From positions 1 to 33,649 of the IMG/VR virus record IMGVR_UViG_3300016665_000159: a DNA stretch of 33,649 nucleotides. One strand, given 5' to 3'. Shown one piece after another: positions 1 through 9,382 of this stretch (position 1 is the first letter of the stretch; each line of letters starts with the position of its first letter). Under the pieces are notes generated by a model. It did no database searches. It saw only the letters and a list, made by a program, of their open reading frames with translations, and was not told the origin of the DNA. A program made the position numbers and the translations under genes. Source of the stretch: a virus.

Positions 1-22
1 ATACCAGCCACCTTTGTATTCC
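1..22. repeat. Terminal overlap with 33628-33649 (circular closure signature)
   Basis: The sequence ataccagccacctttgtattcc occurs at both window ends. Confidence 0.9.
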
Positions 23-1812
23 CAAACATCTCTATCTATTCCGTTTGCTTTTAAACGTGCTGTAATCATGTTTATTTCTTCACGTGTGAATACTCTTTTT
101 AAGTCTAGTAGATTTTTACAGAAAGGTCTACTAGAACCGCCTGGCTGTAACGGAGGAATTCCTTCCCTCTCTCTATATTGGTAAACAACCTCAAATGATA
201 CTTCACCAACATTTGATTTACCTTTTGGTGTAAGTTCAAACCCTTTAATCATTCCCAACTTTTCCAACTCTACTAATTGCCTAGATACATATGTTGCACC
301 TTTGTCTATAGCTTTAACGATTGAACCATAGCTTTCTCCGTTGTTAATCATCTCAACTATCTTCAACTGGTCCTCTGTTAAGTCGTTAGCGAAAGAGTAT
401 TTAGAAAGTAGTTCCTTTTCAGACATTTCAAGTTTAGTAAAGTCTTTGACCTCTTGTGAAAATACCTCGTTGTATTCCGTGCGTCCTAATTCAGAAAACC
501 AACTAATAACGGTATCATCGCTTATTTCGTTTTTAAATGATTGTTGAATCACATCTCCGTTTGGTACAGGATTTAAACCAGCAATAGAACGTAATTCGTT
601 TACTGTTAACTTCTGTAAAATCACTTGTTGTATAGTAGGCTCTAATACGCTAATCTTTTTAGCAACCTCTGAAACTTCTTCTGTTTTACCACTAAGATTT
701 AATGGTTTATTTTGGAAGAATATATCACCAACAAATGAATTAAGAGTATAATGAGCGTATTCCAAAGCATCTGTGATTATCTTTTGACGTTCTAGTGCGT
801 AATTATTCATAAACAATTGATACGCTGTTTCAAGCTCACTTGATCCTCCTAATTGACCAGCTGTTTTTATTGAAAATAAAGTCGGACTTATTACACTATG
901 TCCTACCATGATATCGTCTACTATACTTTCTTGAGTTAATAAGTATCGTTGATCTAAGTTATTTCCGTTTATTTGCGTAACCGTAGGAGCGTTTTCTGAA
1001 CCTCTTGAAAATGTAACTACGATCCCTCCTTGTTTATCTCTGTCACTTGCATCTCCTTTTAATTGTGCTATTAGTTTTTTCTTGTCATGTTCATTATCAG
1101 GCGCACCCGTTGGAATATTAATCATTGTGCCACCTTTGAAACTATTCACAACCTCGGAATATCTAAAGTAATTCATTTCAATAGATGCCATAATTGATTT
1201 AATTGCACCACTATATGAAGGAATAGGATAAACAGACTTAGTTAATAAACCTGTTTTCTCATCTAAAATATGTTGCTTAGAACGTGAGCTAACATATAAT
1301 AAGCATTCTTTATCTTCAAGGCTTAAATCTTCAATGTTCTTGATCTTTTTAAAACCTGTTTTTTCTTCTGTTTGTACTCTGTCCTTCCAATTCTCTGAGT
1401 AATAAAAGAAACTAGAGTCCTCACCTTTACGAATCAGTTCAGTTGAAACGTGATGCATATCCCAAAACTTGGAAATAGGGTTTTTTCTAAACATGATAGC
1501 AAATGAATCTAATAACTCAAAATCTTTTGCAACCATTAATGAAATTTCATCTAGTGAAAAAGGAGCATTTCCGTTTTTCTTTATAAGTTCCCATTTTTGA
1601 ATATCGTTAGTTTGTGAATCAAGACCACTTGAAGCGATATACTTAACCTTAGAGTTAACTATCCCCTGATGTATTGAACTATTGTAGTATAGTCCAATTA
1701 AAAACTGAGGATAATCGTTTTGTTCTCCCCAACTAATCCAAGTTTGACCAGCTTTTTGTTTCTCGATTGGTAAAGGAATTTTAGCTTCCCTAAATATATA
1801 ATTATCACTCAT
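1..1812 (-). CDS. Portal protein, first 604 codons. The ORF leaves the window at position 1 and resumes at 33627..33556 across the circular junction (628 aa in total). It is a portal core plus a C-terminal winged-HTH-like and Cys-motif extension.
   Basis: The ATG at 1812-1810 overlaps the TGA (1807-1805) of the upstream ORF. The frame whose codons begin at coordinates 1 mod 3 has no stop (hand-checked triplet by triplet for 1-660). No competing ORF of 60 aa or more exists in 1-1800 except an antisense 68-aa one. The translation starts MSDNYIFREAKIPLP. The central part, VYPIPSYSGAIKSIMASIEMNYFRYSEVVNSFKGGTMINIP...GGIVVTFSRGSENAPTVTQI...DDIMVGHSVISPTLF, has the layout of PBSX/HK97-type portals. 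Confidence 0.65.
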   Translation of the reverse strand, partial: MSDNYIFREAKIPLPIEKQKAGQTWISWGEQNDYPQFLIGLYYNSSIHQGIVNSKVKYIASSGLDSQTNDIQKWELIKKNGNAPFSLDEISLMVAKDFELLDSFAIMFRKNPISKFWDMHHVSTELIRKGEDSSFFYYSENWKDRVQTEEKTGFKKIKNIEDLSLEDKECLLYVSSRSKQHILDEKTGLLTKSVYPIPSYSGAIKSIMASIEMNYFRYSEVVNSFKGGTMINIPTGAPDNEHDKKKLIAQLKGDASDRDKQGGIVVTFSRGSENAPTVTQINGNNLDQRYLLTQESIVDDIMVGHSVISPTLFSIKTAGQLGGSSELETAYQLFMNNYALERQKIITDALEYAHYTLNSFVGDIFFQNKPLNLSGKTEEVSEVAKKISVLEPTIQQVILQKLTVNELRSIAGLNPVPNGDVIQQSFKNEISDDTVISWFSELGRTEYNEVFSQEVKDFTKLEMSEKELLSKYSFANDLTEDQLKIVEMINNGESYGSIVKAIDKGATYVSRQLVELEKLGMIKGFELTPKGKSNVGEVSFEVVYQYREREGIPPLQPGGSSRPFCKNLLDLKRVFTREEINMITARLKANGIDRDVWEYKGGWY

Positions 1813-2176
1813 AAATATTCTTTATTGTGGTTGTTTGTGTGAAAGTAGGTATAGCAGTAGAATCAGTTTTAACTCTCGCTTTCCCTTGTTCACAAAGTAT
1901 GCCTAGATTATAGTTTTCCTCTTCGACTATCTCCATTTGATAAACATAATACGTATAATCACCCAAAGGTAAAGTAATACTAGTACCCTCGTATAAATTA
2001 AACAGGTTAAATCTTTTCTTTGTGGTGGATAAATCGGTAAGATTGCAGTAATATTCTTTCTTAGATTGCTCGTTTACAAACCTAAACAACCAAATATCAG
2101 GGTAATTATCATTCGCTTTCTCAGTTAGAGTCAAGCAAATTGAGTTATTTTGATTTTTTTCTACTAGAAAGAACAC
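1805..2176 (-). CDS. Hypothetical virion-region protein (123 aa)
   Basis: ORF track entry. It is tightly packed between neighbours and overlaps the portal start by 8 nt. I recognise no family. Confidence 0.5.
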   Translation of the reverse strand: MFFLVEKNQNNSICLTLTEKANDNYPDIWLFRFVNEQSKKEYYCNLTDLSTTKKRFNLFNLYEGTSITLPLGDYTYYVYQMEIVEEENYNLGILCEQGKARVKTDSTAIPTFTQTTTIKNIYE

Positions 2177-2333
2177 GTTTTACAGGTTTTACTTCGTTAA
2201 AGTTAGTTATTTCTACAAAAATATTAGGCAATAGTTTAAATAAAATTTCTTTATTTTCTTCATTTGCCACTAAAAAACCCTTTATTTTATCAATCCAAAC
2301 TGATTGGTCTTTAAATTCTTCTTTATATTCCAT
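2145..2333 (-). CDS. Hypothetical protein (62 aa)
   Basis: ORF track entry. It starts just downstream of the terminator hairpin at 2345-2378 and overlaps the next ORF by 32 nt. Confidence 0.4.
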   Translation of the reverse strand: MEYKEEFKDQSVWIDKIKGFLVANEENKEILFKLLPNIFVEITNFNEVKPVKRVLSSRKKSK

Positions 2334-2344
2334 GATTTTAAGTA

Positions 2345-2378
2345 TTAAAAAAGGGGATTAAACTAATAACCCCCTTAA
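2345..2378 (-). terminator. Intrinsic terminator after the 174-aa structural gene
   Basis: The minus strand reads AAGGGGG TTATTAGTTTAAT CCCCTT TTTT. Confidence 0.6.
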
Positions 2379-2395
2379 ATTTATTGATTTTTAGA

Positions 2396-2920
2396 TTATA
2401 CTAATAAAGCTGCAACGATTACATCACTAACTTTCGGAGCATTTTTCTTTTCACGCCCAGAGAAAGTCAAAGTAACACCATTCATGTCGTCAAACTTAGT
2501 CCCTGAGGTACGATTGAATAAGAATTTACATCCATTATCTAAACCTAATACTTCATTTGTACCATCGTTTAATTTAGCGATTACACATACTCTGTCTTTT
2601 GAAAGTTTTTCTAGTTGTTCAATCATAGCTGCAGTATTTCCAGCTAATTTGATGTTTCCAGTGATTTCAAAAGCAGTAGAAGCGTTTTCACGTGAACCGA
2701 TTGCATTCACCACAAAGTCAGACATCTCAGCATCTACAGTAACTGTATAAAATAATTTAGCTCCAACATTAGCCATAGCAGTAAGCTCACCAGCTGTACG
2801 TGTATACGTATAGTTAGCAGCTCCTGTAGTTCCATCTCTTAGTGATCCGATATATAAGGTAGCAATACCACCAGCGGAGTCACAATTTAAAGCATTAAAT
2901 CCAGCACTTAATTCGCACAT
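2396..2920 (-). CDS. Abundant virion structural protein, tail-tube-like (174 aa)
   Basis: It lies directly after the capsid gene and is bracketed by two hairpin/T-tract terminators. The sequence layout (SAGGIATLYIG...FEITGNIKLAGNTAAMIEQLEKL...VIAKLNDGTNEVLGLDNG...DMNGVTLTFSGRE) resembles small major tail/tube proteins. The family assignment is not verified. Confidence 0.4.
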   Translation of the reverse strand: MCELSAGFNALNCDSAGGIATLYIGSLRDGTTGAANYTYTRTAGELTAMANVGAKLFYTVTVDAEMSDFVVNAIGSRENASTAFEITGNIKLAGNTAAMIEQLEKLSKDRVCVIAKLNDGTNEVLGLDNGCKFLFNRTSGTKFDDMNGVTLTFSGREKKNAPKVSDVIVAALLV

Positions 2921-2932
2921 AATATAAATATT

Positions 2933-2960
2933 TTAAAAAGGGAGTTTTTACGCTCCCTTA
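2933..2960 (-). terminator. Intrinsic terminator after the major capsid gene
   Basis: The minus strand reads AAGGGAG CGTAAAAA CTCCCTT TTT. Confidence 0.65.
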
Positions 2961-2971
2961 ATGGTTAATAA

Positions 2972-3940
2972 TTAAGCTCTTTTAACTCTTACAAAGTATT
3001 GAGGGAATACATATTGAACACCCAATCTGAAAGAAGTATCAACTTTTAACTTCTCGTTGTAAGCATCGTATTTGATATCGAAGTTCTCATCTTCTCTCGC
3101 ATCAACACCTAAGAAAACTAATGAAGTAGGGATAGCAAAGATTTCGTTTTGACCATCTAATGCAGGTACAGTAATAACCTCTACATTTGTTTGTGGTAAA
3201 ATGAAACGAATAGAACCACCTTCTGAAGTGTATTGAATACGATCGTAAGCATTAGAAGCATTCCAATCAGAAATGATAGCTAAAGCCTCAGTTCTTCCTG
3301 TATATAAAGCAACTTCCATTTGGTTGTCGAAAATCTCAGCAGGAATTTTAGTGAATACTTCATAAGCTGCATCATAACCATTAGATGTTGTAATAGTAGC
3401 AAATGTAGTAGTAGTTTTTAAAACCGCTGTATCAGCTTTTAATGCTTTAACTAAACCATCAAAGTGTACTAACTCAGTATCCAATGATGCAGTGTCACCT
3501 AACCATACTAAACGCTCAGCTTTTTTCTGTAATTGTTTAGTTAAGTATGCCATAAGGATAGTCTCCAAAGGTGCAGGTAATTGACCATCTTGGTTTTTCA
3601 TTCCCAAAGCATTCAATACTTGAGTCATTTTAGTATTCAAAGTTTCATTACAAAACTCAACACCCATGTATAAAGGCTTAGTCGTTAAAACTTTTTCAGT
3701 GAAAACTACTGAACCATCTGGTGAAGGTGTACACGCTGCTTTTGCTTGTAATGCTACAGATGAAGATAATAAAGCGATTTCACGAGAACCTTTTACACCT
3801 TCTTCTAACATAAGTTTTTCTAAGAATCTTGAAGTAGATACTAAGTCAGGAGTGATGTTAGGAAGTGTGTTGTCTTTCCATGCTGCAAGTCCTGATACAT
3901 CGTAACCGAACTTTTCTTTTAATGTTCTTTTGATTGACAT
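2972..3940 (-). CDS. Major capsid protein (322 aa)
   Basis: It follows the protease and an acidic scaffold-like ORF. Size and position fit a capsid protein, and it is followed by an intrinsic terminator (2933-2960), as is typical for highly expressed capsid genes. Confidence 0.6.
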   Translation of the reverse strand: MSIKRTLKEKFGYDVSGLAAWKDNTLPNITPDLVSTSRFLEKLMLEEGVKGSREIALLSSSVALQAKAACTPSPDGSVVFTEKVLTTKPLYMGVEFCNETLNTKMTQVLNALGMKNQDGQLPAPLETILMAYLTKQLQKKAERLVWLGDTASLDTELVHFDGLVKALKADTAVLKTTTTFATITTSNGYDAAYEVFTKIPAEIFDNQMEVALYTGRTEALAIISDWNASNAYDRIQYTSEGGSIRFILPQTNVEVITVPALDGQNEIFAIPTSLVFLGVDAREDENFDIKYDAYNEKLKVDTSFRLGVQYVFPQYFVRVKRA

Positions 3941-3947
3941 TTGATTT

Positions 3948-4439
3948 TTATTTTTTAGTTAATATTTCTTTTACTGTAAGTTCTTTCGACAATTCAACTT
4001 TTTTTCTTTCGTCTTTGAACTTGCTTTCTTTTACTTCCAACAATTCAGCAAACTTGCTTTCTAATGCTGTAATACGTGCATCCGTGTCAGTAATCACTTG
4101 TTGAATGATAGCGTCAAATTCTTGTTTTGACATCATTTCATTAACAGGCTCTTCTTCAGACATAGGTTCTTCTTCTACTGCTACATCTTCAATAGCTGTA
4201 ACAATTCCGTTTACATCTACGTTTACGATTTTGATTCCTTCCAATTCAACTTGGTATTGACCTTCAGGTGCAGGTATTTGATTACCTTCTGCATCCAAAA
4301 CGAATACCGCTGAACCTTCAACTAAATCTCCTTCGTATTGCATAACCACACCATCAATAGTTGTGATCTCAGCAAACGTTACTTTAATCTCTTCCTCTTT
4401 TTTAAAGAAGTCAAAGATTGATTTCATTGGTTTACTCAT
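3948..4439 (-). CDS. Scaffolding protein (163 aa)
   Basis: An acidic, Glu/Lys-rich, helical-looking ORF lying immediately between the protease-like and capsid genes. Its ATGA start/stop overlaps the upstream ORF. Confidence 0.5.
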   Translation of the reverse strand: MSKPMKSIFDFFKKEEEIKVTFAEITTIDGVVMQYEGDLVEGSAVFVLDAEGNQIPAPEGQYQVELEGIKIVNVDVNGIVTAIEDVAVEEEPMSEEEPVNEMMSKQEFDAIIQQVITDTDARITALESKFAELLEVKESKFKDERKKVELSKELTVKEILTKK

Positions 4440-4963
4440 ATTTGTTTTAATTTAATTTCTTTTTGGTCAAAATATCCTTCAACAGAATACCCACTGAATT
4501 CCCCTTTTTTTATCTTATTCCACACTATAGGATTGTTAATTTTATATGACGCTATCCATGTACCATTTTGTAAATTCATTGCTTTAAATTGACTAGGAAT
4601 ATGTGAAGGGTGTGAAACGATATAACTAGAAATCATATTAACCCCATCTAGTTTTAGATCAGGGTTGTGTTCTTCATTAACGTTGTTGGAAAATCCGTTT
4701 TTGTGGAATTTCGTTCTTATTGCTCTAATTGTTTCCTCTTTAAATAGTACAAATCTATCAGGATTGCTTCGGTATATAGGAGTGTTAGCACTCATCATTA
4801 CACCTGTAACTATTCTTTTTTCTTCATTGAAAAAATACTGAATCTTTTGCTCTTTATTAAAGGCAAAGTAAGGTTTACCATGAGCAGGTCGTAGTACAAA
4901 TGCGTTAAAATCAACACCTGTATCATCAGACTCATCTATAACCAATTCGTAAAAAGGTAACAT
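4436..4963 (-). CDS. XkdF-type putative prohead protease (175 aa)
   Basis: The pattern RIVTGVMMSANTPIYR...FKEETIRAIRTKFHKNGFSNNVNEEHN...NGTWIASYKINNPIVWNKIKKGEFSGYSVEGYF matches the characteristic layout of the XkdF phage protease family. It sits upstream of scaffold and capsid. Confidence 0.6.
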   Translation of the reverse strand: MLPFYELVIDESDDTGVDFNAFVLRPAHGKPYFAFNKEQKIQYFFNEEKRIVTGVMMSANTPIYRSNPDRFVLFKEETIRAIRTKFHKNGFSNNVNEEHNPDLKLDGVNMISSYIVSHPSHIPSQFKAMNLQNGTWIASYKINNPIVWNKIKKGEFSGYSVEGYFDQKEIKLKQI

Positions 4964-4999
4964 AAAAAAGAACGTTTTTGTAAATATATTAAAATTTTA

Positions 5000-7144
5000 T
5001 TAAATAGTGCTTATTGCATTAACTTTTTTTGTCTTATCCTGCATTTTGGTAATGTCTGAATCTACTACTACAACTTTATAGGTACTTTGTGCTTTAATTG
5101 TTTGCTCTGTGCCTTGTTGTGTACCTTGTACGTTATCTGTAGGTCTATTGGCACTAGGTGGCTGTACACTTGGCATAGGTGCTGCTAGTAATTTTTTCGC
5201 AGTACTCATAGCTTTAGTCACTGTTGCAATACCACTTGCAATATAACCACCAATTAAGAATGGTGCTGCTGGTCCTCCTGCGGCTGCGGCCGCTGTTGCT
5301 CCTGCGATTACAGAAGAAATTGATTTAGCTGTGTCAATAGTCAATTGAGTAACTGCAAATGCTTTTTGAATTGCACTTCCTTGTTTAGCTGAGTTTGCTA
5401 GTTCACCGAACATATTAGAAGTCTGTTCTACTAAACTCATTTTAGCATTTTTCAACTCCTCATCTAACATCTTCTGATAGTCGGTAGCTTCTTTATTTAT
5501 AGCTTTAATATTGGAAGTGTGTTGAGCTTCTATTAATTCTAATTGTGCTTTATTGTCCTTAGCATTTAGTTTCTTTTGCTCATAGTCGGTATTTTCAAGT
5601 TCTAGTTGTCGTTGTTGTTTAATAGCAAAATTTTCAGCATTCTTAATTATCTCAGCTTCTAATATTGCTTTCTGATCGTCAAGTACTTTGTTTTGATTAT
5701 CTAATAATATCTGTCTAGACTCTTCACCTTGTTTTTTTTCTAATTCTTTTCTTTCATTTCCTTGTTTAATTTTTAATTCTTTTTCAAGTTGCCCATACTG
5801 CTCTTTATCTTGATATTGCCTTTTTAAATCTTCACGTTCACGCTTTTGTCTTTCTAATAATTCTTCTTTTTCCCTTTTATTTACATCAACAATATTAGCT
5901 ATAAACAAGTCTTTTATTTTTCGTCTTAAATCAAGTTGTTCTCTTGCATCCTGTTCTCTTAGTTCTTTTGATTTCTGACTAGCTTCTTTTTGTTTTGCTA
6001 GTGCTTCTTTATTAGCGTCGTTTTGCTCTTTTTTTAAGTCAGTGTTGTGTTGTGCTGTTAAAACCTTTTCTTCTCTTTGTAATTGATATTTTAAATCTAT
6101 TAACTCGTTGTTTTTAGTCTTAATATTTGTTATTTCTTCATTTATGGACTTAACTAAATCCATGTTTTCAGCATTCAAAGCATTTTTCTTTTTTTCTCTT
6201 AGTGTTGAAATTCGTTGTAAGTTTGCCCAGTAATCACTTTCTCTTTGTGCTTCACGTTTTTTGAAACCTTGTTTTTCTATTTCGTAGATTTTTTCCTCAC
6301 TAGCCCCGACCGCTTTTGCATAATTCTTTTCAAACTCAATAGAATCGTTTAGTTTTTTATTCATTCGTTCACGTTCTGCATTGAATCGTTTAGTGGATGC
6401 TGTTAGTCTGTCTTGTGCTTTAGTTGCGCTGTCAGTAGATGACATATAAGACATCATTTTTTCAACTAGAAAACCTAAAGCCACAACTAATAAACCTATT
6501 CCTGTCGCTGCTAAAGCTATTCTAAAAGCCTTCATAGCACCTGTTGACGTACCTACTGCAATTGCATAACCCTTTTGTAATAGTGTTAATGAACCTGTTT
6601 CAGCAGCATTAATCATTTCAGCTGTAGTTAATGATTTAAATGCATTTACAACCGTTCCTTTAACAGACATAGCCAAATCAGTAGCATCGTTTTTAAGCTC
6701 TTTCATAGCACTAATGCCTTGTGTTAAAGCAATAGCACCTTGAACTTTTAACATTTGTTTTTCAATCTCCTCCGATTGTTGACCGAACAACGCTTGTGCG
6801 CCTGTAACCGCTGAGAAAGCTCCTGCAATACCTTCTGCTGTTCGTTGAAACTTACCACCAAACTTTTCTGGATCTGCATCGTTGATAGCATCTGCAACGC
6901 CTCGCATTTGTTCTTTGATTTGACCAGCCCTAGCAGCTACTTGTTCAAACTCTTTACTAGCAGGGTCTAGGTTTTGTAACTGAATAGTAAGTTGTTTTAA
7001 CTCCTTACGTAGGTTAACAAAAGATCCATCTGCTTTCTTTGCGTCTTTACCTACGTTTTCAATGGCGTCTCCTACCTTGTTAACGTCTTGAACCGAGTCA
7101 CCTGTGTCAACTCCTAACTTAAATATTATTTCTTCTTGTGCCAT
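5000..7144 (-). CDS. Tape-measure-like protein (714 aa)
   Basis: A long coiled-coil, Lys/Glu/Gln-rich centre is flanked by hydrophobic Ala/Gly-rich segments (IALAATGIGLLVVALGFLV; AGATAAAAAGGPAAPFLIGGYIASGIA). The N-terminal region resembles tape-measure proteins. Confidence 0.55.
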   Translation of the reverse strand: MAQEEIIFKLGVDTGDSVQDVNKVGDAIENVGKDAKKADGSFVNLRKELKQLTIQLQNLDPASKEFEQVAARAGQIKEQMRGVADAINDADPEKFGGKFQRTAEGIAGAFSAVTGAQALFGQQSEEIEKQMLKVQGAIALTQGISAMKELKNDATDLAMSVKGTVVNAFKSLTTAEMINAAETGSLTLLQKGYAIAVGTSTGAMKAFRIALAATGIGLLVVALGFLVEKMMSYMSSTDSATKAQDRLTASTKRFNAERERMNKKLNDSIEFEKNYAKAVGASEEKIYEIEKQGFKKREAQRESDYWANLQRISTLREKKKNALNAENMDLVKSINEEITNIKTKNNELIDLKYQLQREEKVLTAQHNTDLKKEQNDANKEALAKQKEASQKSKELREQDAREQLDLRRKIKDLFIANIVDVNKREKEELLERQKREREDLKRQYQDKEQYGQLEKELKIKQGNERKELEKKQGEESRQILLDNQNKVLDDQKAILEAEIIKNAENFAIKQQRQLELENTDYEQKKLNAKDNKAQLELIEAQHTSNIKAINKEATDYQKMLDEELKNAKMSLVEQTSNMFGELANSAKQGSAIQKAFAVTQLTIDTAKSISSVIAGATAAAAAGGPAAPFLIGGYIASGIATVTKAMSTAKKLLAAPMPSVQPPSANRPTDNVQGTQQGTEQTIKAQSTYKVVVVDSDITKMQDKTKKVNAISTI

Positions 7145-7145
7145 C

Positions 7146-7385
7146 TTATAAAGTATAATTATCTTTTACTGCTTGTGGCACGTTGTCCATAGCTTGAAAT
7201 TCTGCGAATAATAATGGAGTCTGTTCTGTAATAAAATCACTTATTAATGTTGGTGTTAAACTACCACTTTCTACATATTTGTAAGCGTGGCAGTAGTGGT
7301 GTATATCCATATTAGGCATAACCATAATATTAAAATTACCATCCGATAAGGTAATCGTTTCTGATGTTAGTGTAAATGTTTCCAT
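7146..7385 (-). CDS. Small protein upstream of the tape measure, possible tail assembly chaperone (79 aa)
   Basis: The call rests on position only. No frameshift partner ORF is visible. Confidence 0.35.
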   Translation of the reverse strand: METFTLTSETITLSDGNFNIMVMPNMDIHHYCHAYKYVESGSLTPTLISDFITEQTPLLFAEFQAMDNVPQAVKDNYTL

Positions 7386-7386
7386 A

Positions 7387-8832
7387 TTATAAAGAATAAA
7401 CTCCTAATTTTAATAAGTCAAATTGACCTGTGTTAGTAATTGCTCCACCCATACAACGAGATGCAAAGAAATTTAATCCTTGTGTAGTTGCTGGTAAGTC
7501 AGTTGTTAAAGTACCTCGTGCTGTTGATCCTGTTTCTTTATTTATAACCTTGTAATATACGTTATTACTTCCACTAGCGTTATATATTTCTATTGAATAC
7601 ACAGTAGTCATAGCAGCTCCTGATGTTCTATTAGATGGAAAGTTAGCCCCTAAATCTGTTTTTGAACACGTTCCTGTTCCATCGTTGTAAAATACTTGTA
7701 AATTAGCATCTGCTGCTTCACTTCCCACACCAATACAATTAATTAATGAGTTTACTAAAACAGTATCATTATATGTTAAATCAGCTGTTGATCCTTGTAA
7801 TCCATAAAATTGTCTACACCCACTACCATAAGCTGAATCTGAAATATGAACATCACAAACAAATCTAAAACCTCCACCAATATACCATAATAATGCAGAA
7901 CCTCTTGTGCCTGTATACCTACCTGTTGACACTACAGACGCTGCATAACGTAACCTAATTTGTTTTGTAGCGTAGTTTGTTGATGCTACAGATTGAGCTA
8001 ATGCACTTGCAGAAGTTGACATCGTTACACCTCCAGAAGTTGTTACTGTTGTTGAGTTATTTGAGAATTCTACACCTCTAAAAGTTTCGTTAGGTTTCCA
8101 CTCAGGAATATCATAAGATTGAGAAGGTGTATATCCTAATATCTCGCTAATAGTTGCATTTTTCCAAAGTGTACTAGCCTGATCGTAATAAAGTAAATCT
8201 TTATCCGTTTCTGCAACTATCAAAACATTGTGTAATTCTTCTAATTCAAAACCATTTTGTACCTTAACGAAAATCTCTCCATTCGTTGCTGAAACTCTTG
8301 TAACTATTCCAAGAAAAACCATGTGAGCAGGCGCTACTGGTTTATTAGCTACACCATAAAGTAAGTTGCCACTAGTACCTAACCATACAGGATCTCCAAT
8401 AGTAGCAGAGTTAGTATTTAAAGAACTTAATAAACCTTCTGTAACTATATTTACAAAGTCATTAGTTACACCTGTAGCATCAATAAGTCCCATTGTTTTA
8501 GAACTCATTGAATCGGTTGTATTATCAGCTTTAGATAATAGCATATTAGTACCATTTGCTCCGCTAATATAACCAGCTTGACCTTTAGTCATATTCTCAG
8601 CAAGTTTGACCTGATGCTGAACTCTATTAGTTGACGCTGTTGTTATGTTTGTTAAGTTAGTAATAACACCACTAGCATTAGTATATACTTCACCTGTTAA
8701 AGTATTTAGGTAAAATTCACCCTCGTAAATATCAGTAGCCAACCATGAACCATCTCTATGGTCTGCGCTTGTTGGGATTGTCGGAGTTCCCGCTCCCTTC
8801 TTAATAATTATCCTTCTTGTTTCGTCACTCAT
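7387..8832 (-). CDS. Tail fibre / receptor-binding-like structural protein (481 aa)
   Basis: It has a Gly/Ser/Thr/Asn-rich beta-type composition and the N-terminal motif GAGTPTIPTSADHRDGSWLATDIYEGEFYLN. The C-terminal half looks like a jelly-roll. It lies in the tail gene block. Confidence 0.4.
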   Translation of the reverse strand: MSDETRRIIIKKGAGTPTIPTSADHRDGSWLATDIYEGEFYLNTLTGEVYTNASGVITNLTNITTASTNRVQHQVKLAENMTKGQAGYISGANGTNMLLSKADNTTDSMSSKTMGLIDATGVTNDFVNIVTEGLLSSLNTNSATIGDPVWLGTSGNLLYGVANKPVAPAHMVFLGIVTRVSATNGEIFVKVQNGFELEELHNVLIVAETDKDLLYYDQASTLWKNATISEILGYTPSQSYDIPEWKPNETFRGVEFSNNSTTVTTSGGVTMSTSASALAQSVASTNYATKQIRLRYAASVVSTGRYTGTRGSALLWYIGGGFRFVCDVHISDSAYGSGCRQFYGLQGSTADLTYNDTVLVNSLINCIGVGSEAADANLQVFYNDGTGTCSKTDLGANFPSNRTSGAAMTTVYSIEIYNASGSNNVYYKVINKETGSTARGTLTTDLPATTQGLNFFASRCMGGAITNTGQFDLLKLGVYSL

Positions 8833-9382
8833 TTGTCAATATATTTGAATTTTTACTTATACCATTTACACCTCCTAACATTTTATATACATCTTCGTCA
8901 GCGTTATTTTCACCACCTCTTAAAATTGGCGCATTTTTACTTTGTAATTTCATCTTATCTACGCTTACAAAGGTAGTAGTATATTCTTTTCTTACCTTAA
9001 ATATAAGTGCGCTACCATTTTTATCATATGTTAATATATCACCTGTATCTAAGTCTACTACATAAGCATTCGTTCCATCTATTTCTGTAGAACTCCATGC
9101 TATATTTGGCATAGTTACGCCTGAATTAAATAAAGCAACTAACTCTTCTGTAGAAGGTAGATACCAATCTGACTTACCTCCATCGGTTGCATTGTCGCAA
9201 ATACTAGCAGCGTACGTTCCAACTCCTTGAGCTGTTACAATTAACTGAGTATTAAATTCACCTGTTGTAGTATCGTCTGCATTGACCTCTATATAACTTC
9301 CATTATACCAATTATCTGTAACACTAACATCCCAATATTGTAGAATGTAGTCCTCGTATTGCTTTACATTAACGATAGCCAT
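8825..9382 (-). CDS. DUF1566 (Lcl C-terminal-like) domain tail protein (185 aa)
   Basis: The motif GGKSDWYLPSTEELVALFNSG...IAWSSTEIDGTNAYVVDLDTGDI matches the DUF1566 signature (DWxLPSxxEL...WSST...A), which is frequent in phage fibre proteins. Confidence 0.6.
   Translation of the reverse strand: MAIVNVKQYEDYILQYWDVSVTDNWYNGSYIEVNADDTTTGEFNTQLIVTAQGVGTYAASICDNATDGGKSDWYLPSTEELVALFNSGVTMPNIAWSSTEIDGTNAYVVDLDTGDILTYDKNGSALIFKVRKEYTTTFVSVDKMKLQSKNAPILRGGENNADEDVYKMLGGVNGISKNSNILTNE

Noticed and set aside
1-22. The 22-bp identity of the window ends, considered as a physical direct terminal repeat or cos site.
   Set aside because: It is too short for a DTR and lies in the middle of the portal ORF, which stays in frame across the join. 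It is far more consistent with an assembler or circularisation overlap.
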